A stretch of 32,000 bases of DNA. It comes from Bryobacterales bacterium. Its GTDB lineage: Bacteria > Acidobacteriota > Terriglobia > Bryobacterales > Bryobacteraceae. Below, one piece after another: positions 8,704 through 16,970 of this stretch; position 1 is the stretch's first letter; each line of letters begins with the position of its first letter. The notes under the pieces were generated by a model that saw nothing but the letters and a program-made list of their open reading frames with translations, was not told where the DNA came from and did no database searches. Both the position numbers and the translations under genes were made by a program. The DNA lies in the NCBI GenBank assembly GCA_963776805.1, contig CAVZOD010000028.1, positions 369,657 through 401,656 of the forward strand, written 5' to 3'.

Positions 8704-10254
8704 ATGCCGGATCTACTCGTCAAAAAGCCCCTCAACATGATCAAGGAGGAGGTTGACGAAGTTGGCGAGCACACCCTCAAGCGCGCGCTGGGCGCCACGA
8801 ATCTGATCGCGCTGGGTATCGGCGCCATCATTGGCACCGGCATTTTCGTCCTCACCGGATCGGTAGCGGCACAGAACTCCGGCCCCGCCATCGTGCTGTC
8901 CTTCATCTTTGCCGGAATCGCTTGTACCTTCGCCGGGTTATGCTATGCCGAATTCGCCTCTCTGATCCCGATTGCCGGATCTGCGTACACCTACGGCTAT
9001 GCGACGCTGGGCGAGCTTTTCGCCTGGATCATCGGCTGGGACTTGATCCTCGAATATGCCTTCGGGGCCGCTACCGTGGCCTCCGGATGGTCGGCCAACG
9101 TGGTGCAATTGCTCGCGCGGCTAGGCCTGAACCTGCCGCCGCAGTGGATCGATACGCCGGGCACCCACCTGGCCTACTATCGGCAGATGTGGCAACCCGT
9201 GGCATCGCTGCCGGCGGGCGTGGATATCGCTGCACTTCCGCACGCAACGGCGGCATTTAATGTGGTCGCGTTTCTGGCAATCGCAATCGTGACTACCATC
9301 CTGGTGATCGGCATCCAGGAATCCGCCACCATCAATACTGTGATCGTTTTCATCAAAGTTGGCACGGTGCTGGTCTTCATCGCCATCGCGGCCGGCTACG
9401 TATTGCAGCACCTGGCGCTCGCCAAGGCCAATTGGACGCCGTTCATCCCACCCAATACCGGCGTCACCGGGCAATTCGGATGGTCGGGCGTAATGCGCGG
9501 CGCGGGCAAGATCTTTTTCGCCTACATTGGATTCGACGCGGTTTCCACCGCGGCACAGGAGGCCAAGAATCCGCAGAAGGATATGCCGGTAGGCATCCTC
9601 GGATCGCTGGCGCTCTGCACGTTCCTCTATATCGTGACGTCCTGGCTGCTCACGGGCGTCATCAGCTATACGCGGCTGAATGTCGGCGCTCCCATCGCCT
9701 TAGGAATGGCTGAGACAGGGGTGCGCTGGGGCGAGTTTCTGGTGCTGATCGGAACCATCATGGGTCTGAGCACCGTGATGCTGGTGATGCTGCTCGGCCA
9801 ATCGCGCGTGTTTTTCTCCATGTCGCGCGACGGACTGCTGCCGCAGTGGGCCGGTGCCGTGCATCCGCGCTTTCGGACTCCGTGGATCTCCTCCATCGTG
9901 GTCGGAGTTTTCGTCGCTTTTCTCCCGGCCATTCTGCCCATCGGCATTTTGAATGAAATGACCAGCATTGGCACGCTGCTGGCCTTCGTGATCGTCTGCG
10001 CGGGGGTCTGGGTGCTGCGCGTTCGCCGCCCCGATTTGCACCGCCCCTTCAAAACGCCCTTCGTGCCCGTGGTGCCGATTCTCGGAATCATCGCTTCCGT
10101 GCTCCTGATGGTTTTCCTGCCGCTGGCCACCTGGATCCGGCTGGTCATATGGCTGATCATCGGAATGGTCATCTACTTGACCTACGGCCGCAAGAACAGC
10201 CGGGTGCAGCAATACGTGGCGCTGCATGGCAAGGCCACAGCCGCCCAGCCGTAG
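8704..10254 (+). CDS. APC-superfamily amino acid permease (cationic amino acid transporter-like)
   Basis: Track ORF 8629..10254. I chose ATG 8704 (MPDLLVKKPL...). It has about 12-14 TM helices and the motifs LGIGAIIGTGIFVLTG, GPAIVLSFI and FFAYIGFDAVSTAAQEAKNPQKDMP, typical of APC/CAT transporters. Confidence 0.85.
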   Translation: MPDLLVKKPLNMIKEEVDEVGEHTLKRALGATNLIALGIGAIIGTGIFVLTGSVAAQNSGPAIVLSFIFAGIACTFAGLCYAEFASLIPIAGSAYTYGYATLGELFAWIIGWDLILEYAFGAATVASGWSANVVQLLARLGLNLPPQWIDTPGTHLAYYRQMWQPVASLPAGVDIAALPHATAAFNVVAFLAIAIVTTILVIGIQESATINTVIVFIKVGTVLVFIAIAAGYVLQHLALAKANWTPFIPPNTGVTGQFGWSGVMRGAGKIFFAYIGFDAVSTAAQEAKNPQKDMPVGILGSLALCTFLYIVTSWLLTGVISYTRLNVGAPIALGMAETGVRWGEFLVLIGTIMGLSTVMLVMLLGQSRVFFSMSRDGLLPQWAGAVHPRFRTPWISSIVVGVFVAFLPAILPIGILNEMTSIGTLLAFVIVCAGVWVLRVRRPDLHRPFKTPFVPVVPILGIIASVLLMVFLPLATWIRLVIWLIIGMVIYLTYGRKNSRVQQYVALHGKATAAQP

Positions 10255-10371
10255 GCAGGCTAGCCGAGGCCATTGTCCCCTATAGTGCGCCTTGCTGTTG
10301 CAGTACGTGTGGTCCTTCCTGGGAACTGCCCGACCGACTCCCAGCTGGACGGCGGCGCCGTTTGTGACGGG

Positions 10372-12123
10372 CTACGTTACAGGCCTTGCTAGGGCGGCCA
10401 CCGCAGCAATACGATCTAACTTTGCAACTACCTCAGGGTCAACGCGTTCGATTGGAACGTATCTTGCTAGCGTGTGGTAGTCGGTTTTCTGAATCAGATT
10501 GCGCAGCCCTAGTTTTTCAAAGTAGCTCTGGAAGACAGGCGCAAGAAAATCATCGCTGGCTTTTATCTCGGGACCGAAAGGATCAGGTCGTCCCAACACC
10601 CTTAGCGCCGCAGACACCTGCTCTATAGATTGTTGCATCGCCCCTCTCTGGCGATCGCGCAGGTCTTGAACGAAAAGCGGACCTGCTGTACTATCGACGT
10701 GTTCAGCGTACGTCAGAAGAGTCTCGGGATAGCACAGGTAGTTTTCAATTTCTCGACGACGCCATTTCAGTTCGAACAACGGTCCATGGTCGTTTAACTC
10801 CTGTGGAATCGAATCGAATATCGCGACGGCGACCAAATCAGGCTTTGCTTCCCGCAGTCCAAAAAAATGATCCCGGGCTTTAGCCGGCTGATTGGCCACA
10901 TAGTGGACAAACGGCTGTTCCAAGAAGCGTTTCGCCGGGTGCTGTAACAGATCAGCGAACGCATCGAGAACGGCCAGATCCGTCGAGCCTTCGAGATAAA
11001 GGACCCATCCCACCTGCTCCGCCTGATAATACTGCTCGAAGCCAATCGCTCGCAGCGACTTGAGCACCTGACCGCCTCGATCGTCAATGCGGTGCGGCTT
11101 ACCGACAAATGCAACCACAATGTCGCGGTCGGCGGCTTCGTTCAGAAGCACTTCGGAGTGACTTGCTGCAATAACCTGGCAACCCTGTGCCTCTGCCGTC
11201 TCTGTCAAAATTTGATAGATTTGTCGCTGTCGAAGAATCTCAAGATGAGCGTCTGGTTCGTCAAGTAATAGCACGGATTGGGGGTGGGTATAGAGATGCG
11301 CCAGCAGCAACAATGTTTGTTGCAGGCCCCGCCCAGAGGAGACCAAATCCAATTCCGTTCCCCCCTCGAAATAGGACATTGTAATCTGCCCTCTTTCTTT
11401 GATGAATTGTGGCGGGCTCAGGAGCACTCCGAACAGCTTCTTGATCTGCGAAGTTAGGGCTAACCAGTTCGTCCGTTCAGAAGTCGAATAAATCGCGAAG
11501 CAAAGATTACGGAGAACCTCTGCGGTGCGGCCTTCGCCGATTCGAACATTGATCGCTCCATCCTGGAGCCGGTCTTCCGTGGCCGCCATGCCTGACATCG
11601 GCGGCAGAAACGCTACGCTAGCCGGCGCCGCCAACTTCGGGACAGACATGCGCTGCGGTTGCAGTTCCTCATTGGTACGCAATGGACGGCAATAAAATGA
11701 CTCCTGGTTCGCATAATCGAACTCAAAGCCACATTCCCATTCGGAGCCATCTGTCACGCCCGAAACCAGGATATCGATGCGGATATTCCTGGTGTCTTGC
11801 TTGCCATTGTTGCGTTGAATCGCGCGAACATGCAAATCTCGCCACAGCAGATTGGCATCTGGCACCGGTACGGCGATCAGGTCACGCCGGTTGATAGTGA
11901 CACCTGGTCGCTTTTCAGGTGTGTCCTTTGCGGACCGTTTCTCCACCCATTTTCTGAGACCGATCTCCCACAGGGCGAGCGCTTGCAGAGCAGTCGTTTT
12001 ACCTGAATTGTTGGGTCCAACGAACACTACGGTCTTGCCAAGCTCTATCTGAACATCCTCAAGCCGCTTGAAGTTCTTGACTCGCAGGTTAGTGAGCACT
12101 TCGATGATAGTACCTCGCTGCAA
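10372..12123 (-). CDS. ABC/SMC-type ATPase fused to a C-terminal Toprim-like (OLD / DUF4435-like) domain; defence-type protein
   Basis: 583-aa ORF with a TTG start at 12123; an alternative GTG at 12099 would give M-LTNLRVKNFKRL. ATPase motifs: Walker A GPNNSGKTT, signature-like SSGRGLQQ, Walker B VLLLDEPDAHLE, H-loop AASHSE. The C-terminal ~200 aa carry LYLEGSTD, VAIFDS and REIENYL, reminiscent of OLD-Toprim/DUF4435 nuclease domains. The gene is visibly more AT-rich than its flanks. Confidence 0.7.
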   Translation of the reverse strand: MQRGTIIEVLTNLRVKNFKRLEDVQIELGKTVVFVGPNNSGKTTALQALALWEIGLRKWVEKRSAKDTPEKRPGVTINRRDLIAVPVPDANLLWRDLHVRAIQRNNGKQDTRNIRIDILVSGVTDGSEWECGFEFDYANQESFYCRPLRTNEELQPQRMSVPKLAAPASVAFLPPMSGMAATEDRLQDGAINVRIGEGRTAEVLRNLCFAIYSTSERTNWLALTSQIKKLFGVLLSPPQFIKERGQITMSYFEGGTELDLVSSGRGLQQTLLLLAHLYTHPQSVLLLDEPDAHLEILRQRQIYQILTETAEAQGCQVIAASHSEVLLNEAADRDIVVAFVGKPHRIDDRGGQVLKSLRAIGFEQYYQAEQVGWVLYLEGSTDLAVLDAFADLLQHPAKRFLEQPFVHYVANQPAKARDHFFGLREAKPDLVAVAIFDSIPQELNDHGPLFELKWRRREIENYLCYPETLLTYAEHVDSTAGPLFVQDLRDRQRGAMQQSIEQVSAALRVLGRPDPFGPEIKASDDFLAPVFQSYFEKLGLRNLIQKTDYHTLARYVPIERVDPEVVAKLDRIAAVAALARPVT

Positions 12124-12426
12124 CGTTTTTTGCAGAACTTCGCGAAAGACCCTGGAACGTCATTACAACGCCAGGATAAACATGGCGAACATGTCCGTTC
12201 CATCACAGCCACGACAAAAGATCCATTGTGTACTCGCGTCGCGCAACATTCGGGACGGATACAGCTCATAAATCGTCGGATTTGCTTCCGGTACGGCCGC
12301 GTACAAAGCTACCTGATGATTCATGGGAACGAATCGCCAGTTCATCCGTGAAGACGCCTGGGAAGGCACGGCGGATGCTCGAAAACACCGTGGAACTCGC
12401 GGAGCGTGTGGATCATCCAAGCTTTA

Positions 12427-13410
12427 ATGCCGGTAATCACGCTCGAAGAGCACTTCGTCACCCAATCGTACCTCCAAGCCACCGGAGTCTATGGCCAAGG
12501 CGCCGCTCCGCAGCTTGCGGAGCTTCAGCCCAAACTCCTCGACATAGGTGCTGGCCGCATTGCCGCCATGGATGAGGCGTCCATCGACTTTCAGGTCCTC
12601 TCGCTCGCCGCGATGGGTTTTGATGCGCTGGACGCGGCTAGCGCGACGCCGCTTGCCCGCGACATCAATGATGAGCTGGCCAATGCCGTTCGCGCCCATC
12701 CCGACCGGTTCGGCGGCTTCGCCACCTTGGCTCTTAAAGATCCCTCGAAGGAGGCCATCGAACTGGAGCGCTGCATCACGCGGCTCGGTTTCCATGGCGC
12801 TTTACTCAATGGAACTACCGGCGGCTTGTTTCTCGACGATTCGCGCTTCCTTCCGGTTTTTGAGGCTGCGGCTCAACTCAACGTCCCCATTTATCTCCAC
12901 CCCGCGCCTCCACCGGAGGTCGTTGATCGCGCGTATTTCTCTGGCCTGCCCGGAGAGGCCGGCCGTATGCTTTCGATCGCGGGCTGGGGATGGCACACCG
13001 AAACCGGCTTGCACACCCTTCGACTCATACTGGCCGGCCTCTTCGATCGCCTCCCTGCCCTGCAGCTCATCATCGGCCACATGGGCGAAGGCCTGCCGTA
13101 CGCGCTCGCCCGTTCCAGTGGCATCCTCTCCCAAGCGGCGCCCCATCTTCGGCAGCCTGTCGCAGCCTATTTCCGGTCCAATATCCACATCACCACCAGC
13201 GGCTACTTCACTCACCCCCCGCTCCGTTGCGCCATCGATGTAGTTGGTCTCGATCGTCTGCTCTTCTCGGTTGACTACCCGTTCAGCGCCAACACGCGGG
13301 GCCGCGCCTTCCTCGATAGCCTCCCGACAATCCTCAGTCCGGATGAGATTGCGATGCTAGCCCACCGCAACGCCGAGAGTGTACTGCATCTCACTAGTAC
13401 TAGCCTATGA
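12427..13410 (+). CDS. Amidohydrolase_2 (ACMSD superfamily) non-oxidative hydroxybenzoate decarboxylase-like enzyme
   Basis: Track ORF 12406..13410. I chose ATG 12427 (MPVITLEEHF). It is colinear with gamma-resorcylate / 2,3-dihydroxybenzoate / 5-carboxyvanillate decarboxylases as I recall them: LEEHF, LLDIG..R...MD, HPDRFGGFATLAL.DP, LGFHGALLNG, VPIYLHP, IGHMGEGLPY, HITTSG.F, DRLLFSVDYPF. Confidence 0.8.
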   Translation: MPVITLEEHFVTQSYLQATGVYGQGAAPQLAELQPKLLDIGAGRIAAMDEASIDFQVLSLAAMGFDALDAASATPLARDINDELANAVRAHPDRFGGFATLALKDPSKEAIELERCITRLGFHGALLNGTTGGLFLDDSRFLPVFEAAAQLNVPIYLHPAPPPEVVDRAYFSGLPGEAGRMLSIAGWGWHTETGLHTLRLILAGLFDRLPALQLIIGHMGEGLPYALARSSGILSQAAPHLRQPVAAYFRSNIHITTSGYFTHPPLRCAIDVVGLDRLLFSVDYPFSANTRGRAFLDSLPTILSPDEIAMLAHRNAESVLHLTSTSL

Positions 13411-13482
13411 GTTCTATCACATTCAAGTAACTCCCACCTCACAGTCGATCATTAGACAGTAAAAAAACAAACATGAACAGTT

Positions 13483-13507
13483 GAAAAGCACATTCGAGTG
13501 GCTTTTC
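13483..13507 (+). terminator. Weak hairpin, possible terminator of the decarboxylase-like gene
   Basis: GAAAAGC (13483-13489) pairs with GCTTTTC (13501-13507) around an 11-nt loop, followed by TTCTT. The stem is AT-rich and short, so support is weak. Confidence 0.25.
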
Positions 13508-13510
13508 TTC

Positions 13511-13539
13511 TTGCAAAGGTACTGTATGGATGGTACTAT
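13511..13539 (+). promoter_or_regulatory. Candidate sigma70-type promoter for the acyltransferase-methyltransferase-exporter operon
   Basis: TTGCAA (13511-13516), an exact 17-nt spacer, then TACTAT (13534-13539), all within the AT-rich intergenic region. This would give a leader of about 200 nt before ATG 13743. Confidence 0.35.
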
Positions 13540-13742
13540 CGCCCTTAAAGTTTTTTTAAGCTCTCACTGGCCCGGCGCGGTGAGGGCCCGTTCGCGGTAT
13601 TACCACTTGAGTAGTAGAATTCCGCGGTCGTCGTGCTGTCGCCCGGCCGGGCAGGGCCCCACTGTTCGTATATCTCTTTGTTCCTTCAGTACGCCGCCCG
13701 AAGGCTGTCTAGAAAAGTGTTTCTTCAAGAGGTTCTACTGGA

Positions 13743-14531
13743 ATGAGATTGTTTTCATTGGATGCATCCGGCGTACAAAGGAGAAATCTTCTGCTGTCGC
13801 CGAGTCCAGTTATTGGTGGCACGTTCACGAATATAGTCGTGGATTCATCTAGCCACCACAGCCGGCTGGCCGAAGCACAAAAATTGCGGGGACGGATCGC
13901 ACTGCACGAAGGCGCGGTGGCTGCTACCCAACTCGCGCCCGACGGCCGCCACGTGCAGTCAGCCGATCAGCATAGCTGGCATTTGTTGACGCTGGATGCT
14001 AAAGGGCGAGTGGCCGCCTGCATGCGCTATCAACCGCACCGGAAGGGCGCTGGTTTCCATGATTTGGCGATATCTCAGTCGACACTCGCGCAATCGGAAA
14101 CCTGGGGCGGAGATTTGCGAAAAGCCGTGGAGGCGGACCTTCACGACGCCCGGCGGCGAGGCTGTTCCTATGTCGAGCTGGGTGGATGGGTGATCGCGGA
14201 GGCGTTGCGCTGCACCACCGAAGCTCTCCGGATGATCGCTACAGCTTACGCTTTTGCGCAGTTGTGCGGCGGCGCCCTGGGAATCAGCACCGCCAGTACC
14301 CGGCGCTGTTCGTCGGCCATCTTGAAACGGATCGGCGGCCAACAAATGCGGTCGGGCGGTGTTGAACTCCCCTCCTTTTACGACGCGCACTATCGCTGCC
14401 ATATGGAGGTCCTGCGCTTCGATTCTACACGTCCCAACCCACGCTATCGCAAGTGGATGGAAGCCTGCCGTTCGGGCCTGAGAGATGTTCCCGTAATTTG
14501 CCGGGAGGCAGGGGACGAGCTGGCTACATGA
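13743..14531 (+). CDS. LuxI / FeeM-like GNAT-fold N-acyltransferase (autoinducer-synthase / N-acyl amino acid synthase superfamily)
   Basis: 262 aa. It aligns by eye with LuxI/TraI-type synthases. KLRGRIALHEG...GRHVQSADQHSWHLLTLDAKGRVAACMRYQP matches RLRATVFGG...GEERDQYDNFKPSYLLAITDSGRVAGCVRLLP. YVELGGWVIAE matches VESSRFCV, and ASTRRCSSAILKRIGG matches ATDLRFERILKRAGW. Several LuxI SAM-site acidic residues are not conserved. The start is uncertain (ATG 13743 or an internal GTG at 13839). Confidence 0.65.
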   Translation: MRLFSLDASGVQRRNLLLSPSPVIGGTFTNIVVDSSSHHSRLAEAQKLRGRIALHEGAVAATQLAPDGRHVQSADQHSWHLLTLDAKGRVAACMRYQPHRKGAGFHDLAISQSTLAQSETWGGDLRKAVEADLHDARRRGCSYVELGGWVIAEALRCTTEALRMIATAYAFAQLCGGALGISTASTRRCSSAILKRIGGQQMRSGGVELPSFYDAHYRCHMEVLRFDSTRPNPRYRKWMEACRSGLRDVPVICREAGDELAT

Positions 14532-15145
14532 CCGCTTCCGCATGGCAGTGGATCTCGGCGCCGCTTTTGTTGGGGCTGCTTCTGGTGGGATGCCTCGCCA
14601 GTTTCGGCTGGGCCATGCGCCGGTTCTTCGTTCAGCCAGCCGGTTTAACGCCCGGCATGAGACTGATTAAGGTCTGTGGAATCGTGTTCGGGCTGCTCCA
14701 CCTCACGGCCATCGCGGCAACGCCGGACGTGAACGGGGTGCGCGGCATCAGTGGGGCCGCGCTTTACGTTGCGGCACTGGGATTGTTTTGGTGGGCAATC
14801 AAAACCAACTTGCACCAGCCCTTGTCAGCGGCATTCTCTCCGGATCTTCCCGCCCACCTGACGGCGCACGGTCCTTATCGAATGATCCGGCATCCCCTCT
14901 ATTGCTCTTATCTGATGTGCTGGCTGGCGGGATGGGTGGCAACCGGCCGCTGGTGGCTGGCGCCGACGATCGCAATCATGATCGTCCTTTATATGAGAGC
15001 CGCGGCTGAGGAAGAACGGAAGTTTGCACGAAGCGCCCTGGCCCAAGCGTATCTGGAATATCGCGCCCGCACTGGCCTTCTTCTCCCCAATCCCTGGAAG
15101 CTGCTCTCCAGCCGGCGGAAAAGGTCCTGGGAGACTGCGGTGTAG
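14528..15145 (+). CDS. Membrane methyltransferase, ICMT / PEMT (isoprenylcysteine carboxyl / phospholipid methyltransferase) family
   Basis: Track ORF 14453..15145. I chose ATG 14528, which overlaps the upstream stop as ATGA. It has about 5 TM helices. The C-terminal signature is HGPYRMIRHPLYCSYLMCWLAGW...EEERKFARSALAQAYLEYRARTGLLLP. Confidence 0.75.
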   Translation: MTASAWQWISAPLLLGLLLVGCLASFGWAMRRFFVQPAGLTPGMRLIKVCGIVFGLLHLTAIAATPDVNGVRGISGAALYVAALGLFWWAIKTNLHQPLSAAFSPDLPAHLTAHGPYRMIRHPLYCSYLMCWLAGWVATGRWWLAPTIAIMIVLYMRAAAEEERKFARSALAQAYLEYRARTGLLLPNPWKLLSSRRKRSWETAV

Positions 15146-15148
15146 GCG

Positions 15149-16270
15149 ATGCGGCTGGCCTGGTACAACATCACGCACGACCGCATGCGGTTTGCGGTCA
15201 CCGTCCTTGGCATAACTTGCGCGGTGTTTCTCATGATTTTCCAGGGAAGCATTCTCCTGGGATTTCTGCGGGCTGCGTCGAAAATCATCGATTCCACCGC
15301 AGCCGACATCTGGATCACCGGGCGGGGAGTGCAATGCTTCGAATTTGCCGTTCCCATTGAAAGGCGCTTCGCCGATCTGGCCCGTGGCGTTCCCGGCGTC
15401 AGCGGTACCAGCCGCATTTGTACCAGCCTGGTACAGTTCCGCAAGATCGATGGCAGCCAGCAGCAAGTTGCATTGATCGGCGCCGATACAAATAGCGGCG
15501 CCCGGCTCCCCATCCCGCAGCTCACCGGGGGGCCGCTCGGCATCGCACCGGAAGCACTGGTTGTGGACAGCAGCAACGCGCAGATGCTCGACATCCCCGG
15601 CCACCTCCCGCTGGAGGTGGAAATCAACGATCAACGCGCGCGGGTGGTGGGAAGAACCTCCGGATTCAGTTCGTTTCTGGGCAGCCCCTATGTTTTCACT
15701 TCCTATACCGATGCATCGCGCTATCTGCGGCTGCCGGCCGACCAAACTATGTTCATCTTGGTCCATGTGCAGCCGGGATTCGCAGTTGACGCGGTGCAGC
15801 GCGAATTACAGGCCCGATTGCCCAGCGTGGAGGTATCCACCCGCCAGGAATTTGCACGCAGAGCTCAATTTTATTGGACCTCGCAAACCGGCGCGGGAGG
15901 CGCGATCCTGGCGGCGGCGGTTTTGGGATTCTTCGTCGGGCTCACCATTGTCTCTCAAGCGATCTATTCCACCACCATGGAGCACATTGAAGAGTTCGCG
16001 ACGCTGAAGGCGTTGGGCGCAACGCGGGGATACATCGTGGGCGTGATCGTCTCGCAGGCGTTCCTCGCCGGGCTGACCGGATACCTGCTAGGGGTCCTGA
16101 TCACCGGACCAATGATTAGCGCCGCTAAGCCCCACATTCCCTGGATATCCACGCCGTGGTGGCTTCCGGTTGGGGTTTTTCTCCCCGCGCTTGTGATGTG
16201 CGGGCTTGCTTCCATCGTCTCGGTGAGAGCCGCGATCACCGTGGAGCCGGCCAAGGTGTTCCGTGCCTGA
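15149..16270 (+). CDS. ABC exporter permease, DevC-type (FtsX/MacB-like fold)
   Basis: 373 aa with an ATG 3 nt after the previous stop. The N-terminus LAWYNITHDRMRFAVTVLGITCAVFLMIFQ is followed by a periplasmic domain and a C-terminal FtsX-type 3-TM bundle (FATLKALGATRGYI). Confidence 0.8.
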   Translation: MRLAWYNITHDRMRFAVTVLGITCAVFLMIFQGSILLGFLRAASKIIDSTAADIWITGRGVQCFEFAVPIERRFADLARGVPGVSGTSRICTSLVQFRKIDGSQQQVALIGADTNSGARLPIPQLTGGPLGIAPEALVVDSSNAQMLDIPGHLPLEVEINDQRARVVGRTSGFSSFLGSPYVFTSYTDASRYLRLPADQTMFILVHVQPGFAVDAVQRELQARLPSVEVSTRQEFARRAQFYWTSQTGAGGAILAAAVLGFFVGLTIVSQAIYSTTMEHIEEFATLKALGATRGYIVGVIVSQAFLAGLTGYLLGVLITGPMISAAKPHIPWISTPWWLPVGVFLPALVMCGLASIVSVRAAITVEPAKVFRA

Positions 16271-16970
16271 CCACTCGCTAGCCGTCGAAAACGCCAGTGT
16301 CTCGTTCGGATCGGGAAGCACACGCGTGCGCGCCCTGAGCAATGTATCGCTGAAATTTGCCCCGTCCACTTTGACGCTCGTCATGGGCCCTTCCGGGAGT
16401 GGAAAGACCACATTACTGTCCCTGCTCGGATGTCTTCTGGCCCCGGATGCCGGATCGGTTTTCGTTCAAGGAGCCAATACCGCTGTGTGCAGCTCCAAAG
16501 AACGATCGGCGCTGCGCAGACGCGAGATCGGTTTCATTTTCCAAGCTTTCCGGCTGTTCCATTCGCTATCCGCGATTGAAAATGTGGTCATCAAATCGGA
16601 CATTGCCGGAGCGGGGCGCAAGCATAGCCGAAAAATTGCGGTGGATCTGCTGATTCGTCTGGGACTGGAGGGCAAGCTTCACCTTAAGCCGGATGCGCTG
16701 AGCGGCGGGGAAAAGCAGCGGGTGGCCATTGCGCGCGCGTTGATTTCGAAGCCGAAGATTCTGCTCGCCGATGAGCCCACCGCTTCGCTCGATTCCGATT
16801 CGGGCCGGCAAATCTGCGAAATCCTCAGGAAGCTGGCCGGCGAGGGCGAACACACCGTAGTCATTGTTTCGCACGATCCTCGCTGGGCCAGATTTGCCGA
16901 CCGTGTGGTGAAGCTGGAAGACGGGCGCGTGGTCCAAGAAAATTTAGTGCCGGGAGGGATTGATCCATGA
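16263..16970 (+). CDS. ABC transporter ATP-binding protein, DevA / LolD / MacB-ATPase type
   Basis: 235 aa with a GTG start overlapping the permease stop by 8 nt. Motifs: Walker A GPSGSGKTT, signature LSGGEKQRVAIARAL, Walker [13 protein letters not shown]. Confidence 0.9.
   Translation: MPDHSLAVENASVSFGSGSTRVRALSNVSLKFAPSTLTLVMGPSGSGKTTLLSLLGCLLAPDAGSVFVQGANTAVCSSKERSALRRREIGFIFQAFRLFHSLSAIENVVIKSDIAGAGRKHSRKIAVDLLIRLGLEGKLHLKPDALSGGEKQRVAIARALISKPKILLADEPTASLDSDSGRQICEILRKLAGEGEHTVVIVSHDPRWARFADRVVKLEDGRVVQENLVPGGIDP

Noticed and set aside
13481-13852. 123-aa plus-strand ORF covering the AT-rich intergenic region and the start of the acyltransferase gene
   Set aside because: It begins inside the putative terminator and promoter, has no RBS, gives an implausible Cys/Ser/Arg-rich translation, and overlaps the better-supported CDS in another frame. 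I treat the region as a leader instead.
14825-15766. 313-aa and 212-aa minus-strand ORFs antisense to the methyltransferase and DevC-like genes
   Set aside because: Shadow ORFs with low-complexity translations. The plus-strand genes are tightly coupled and motif-bearing.
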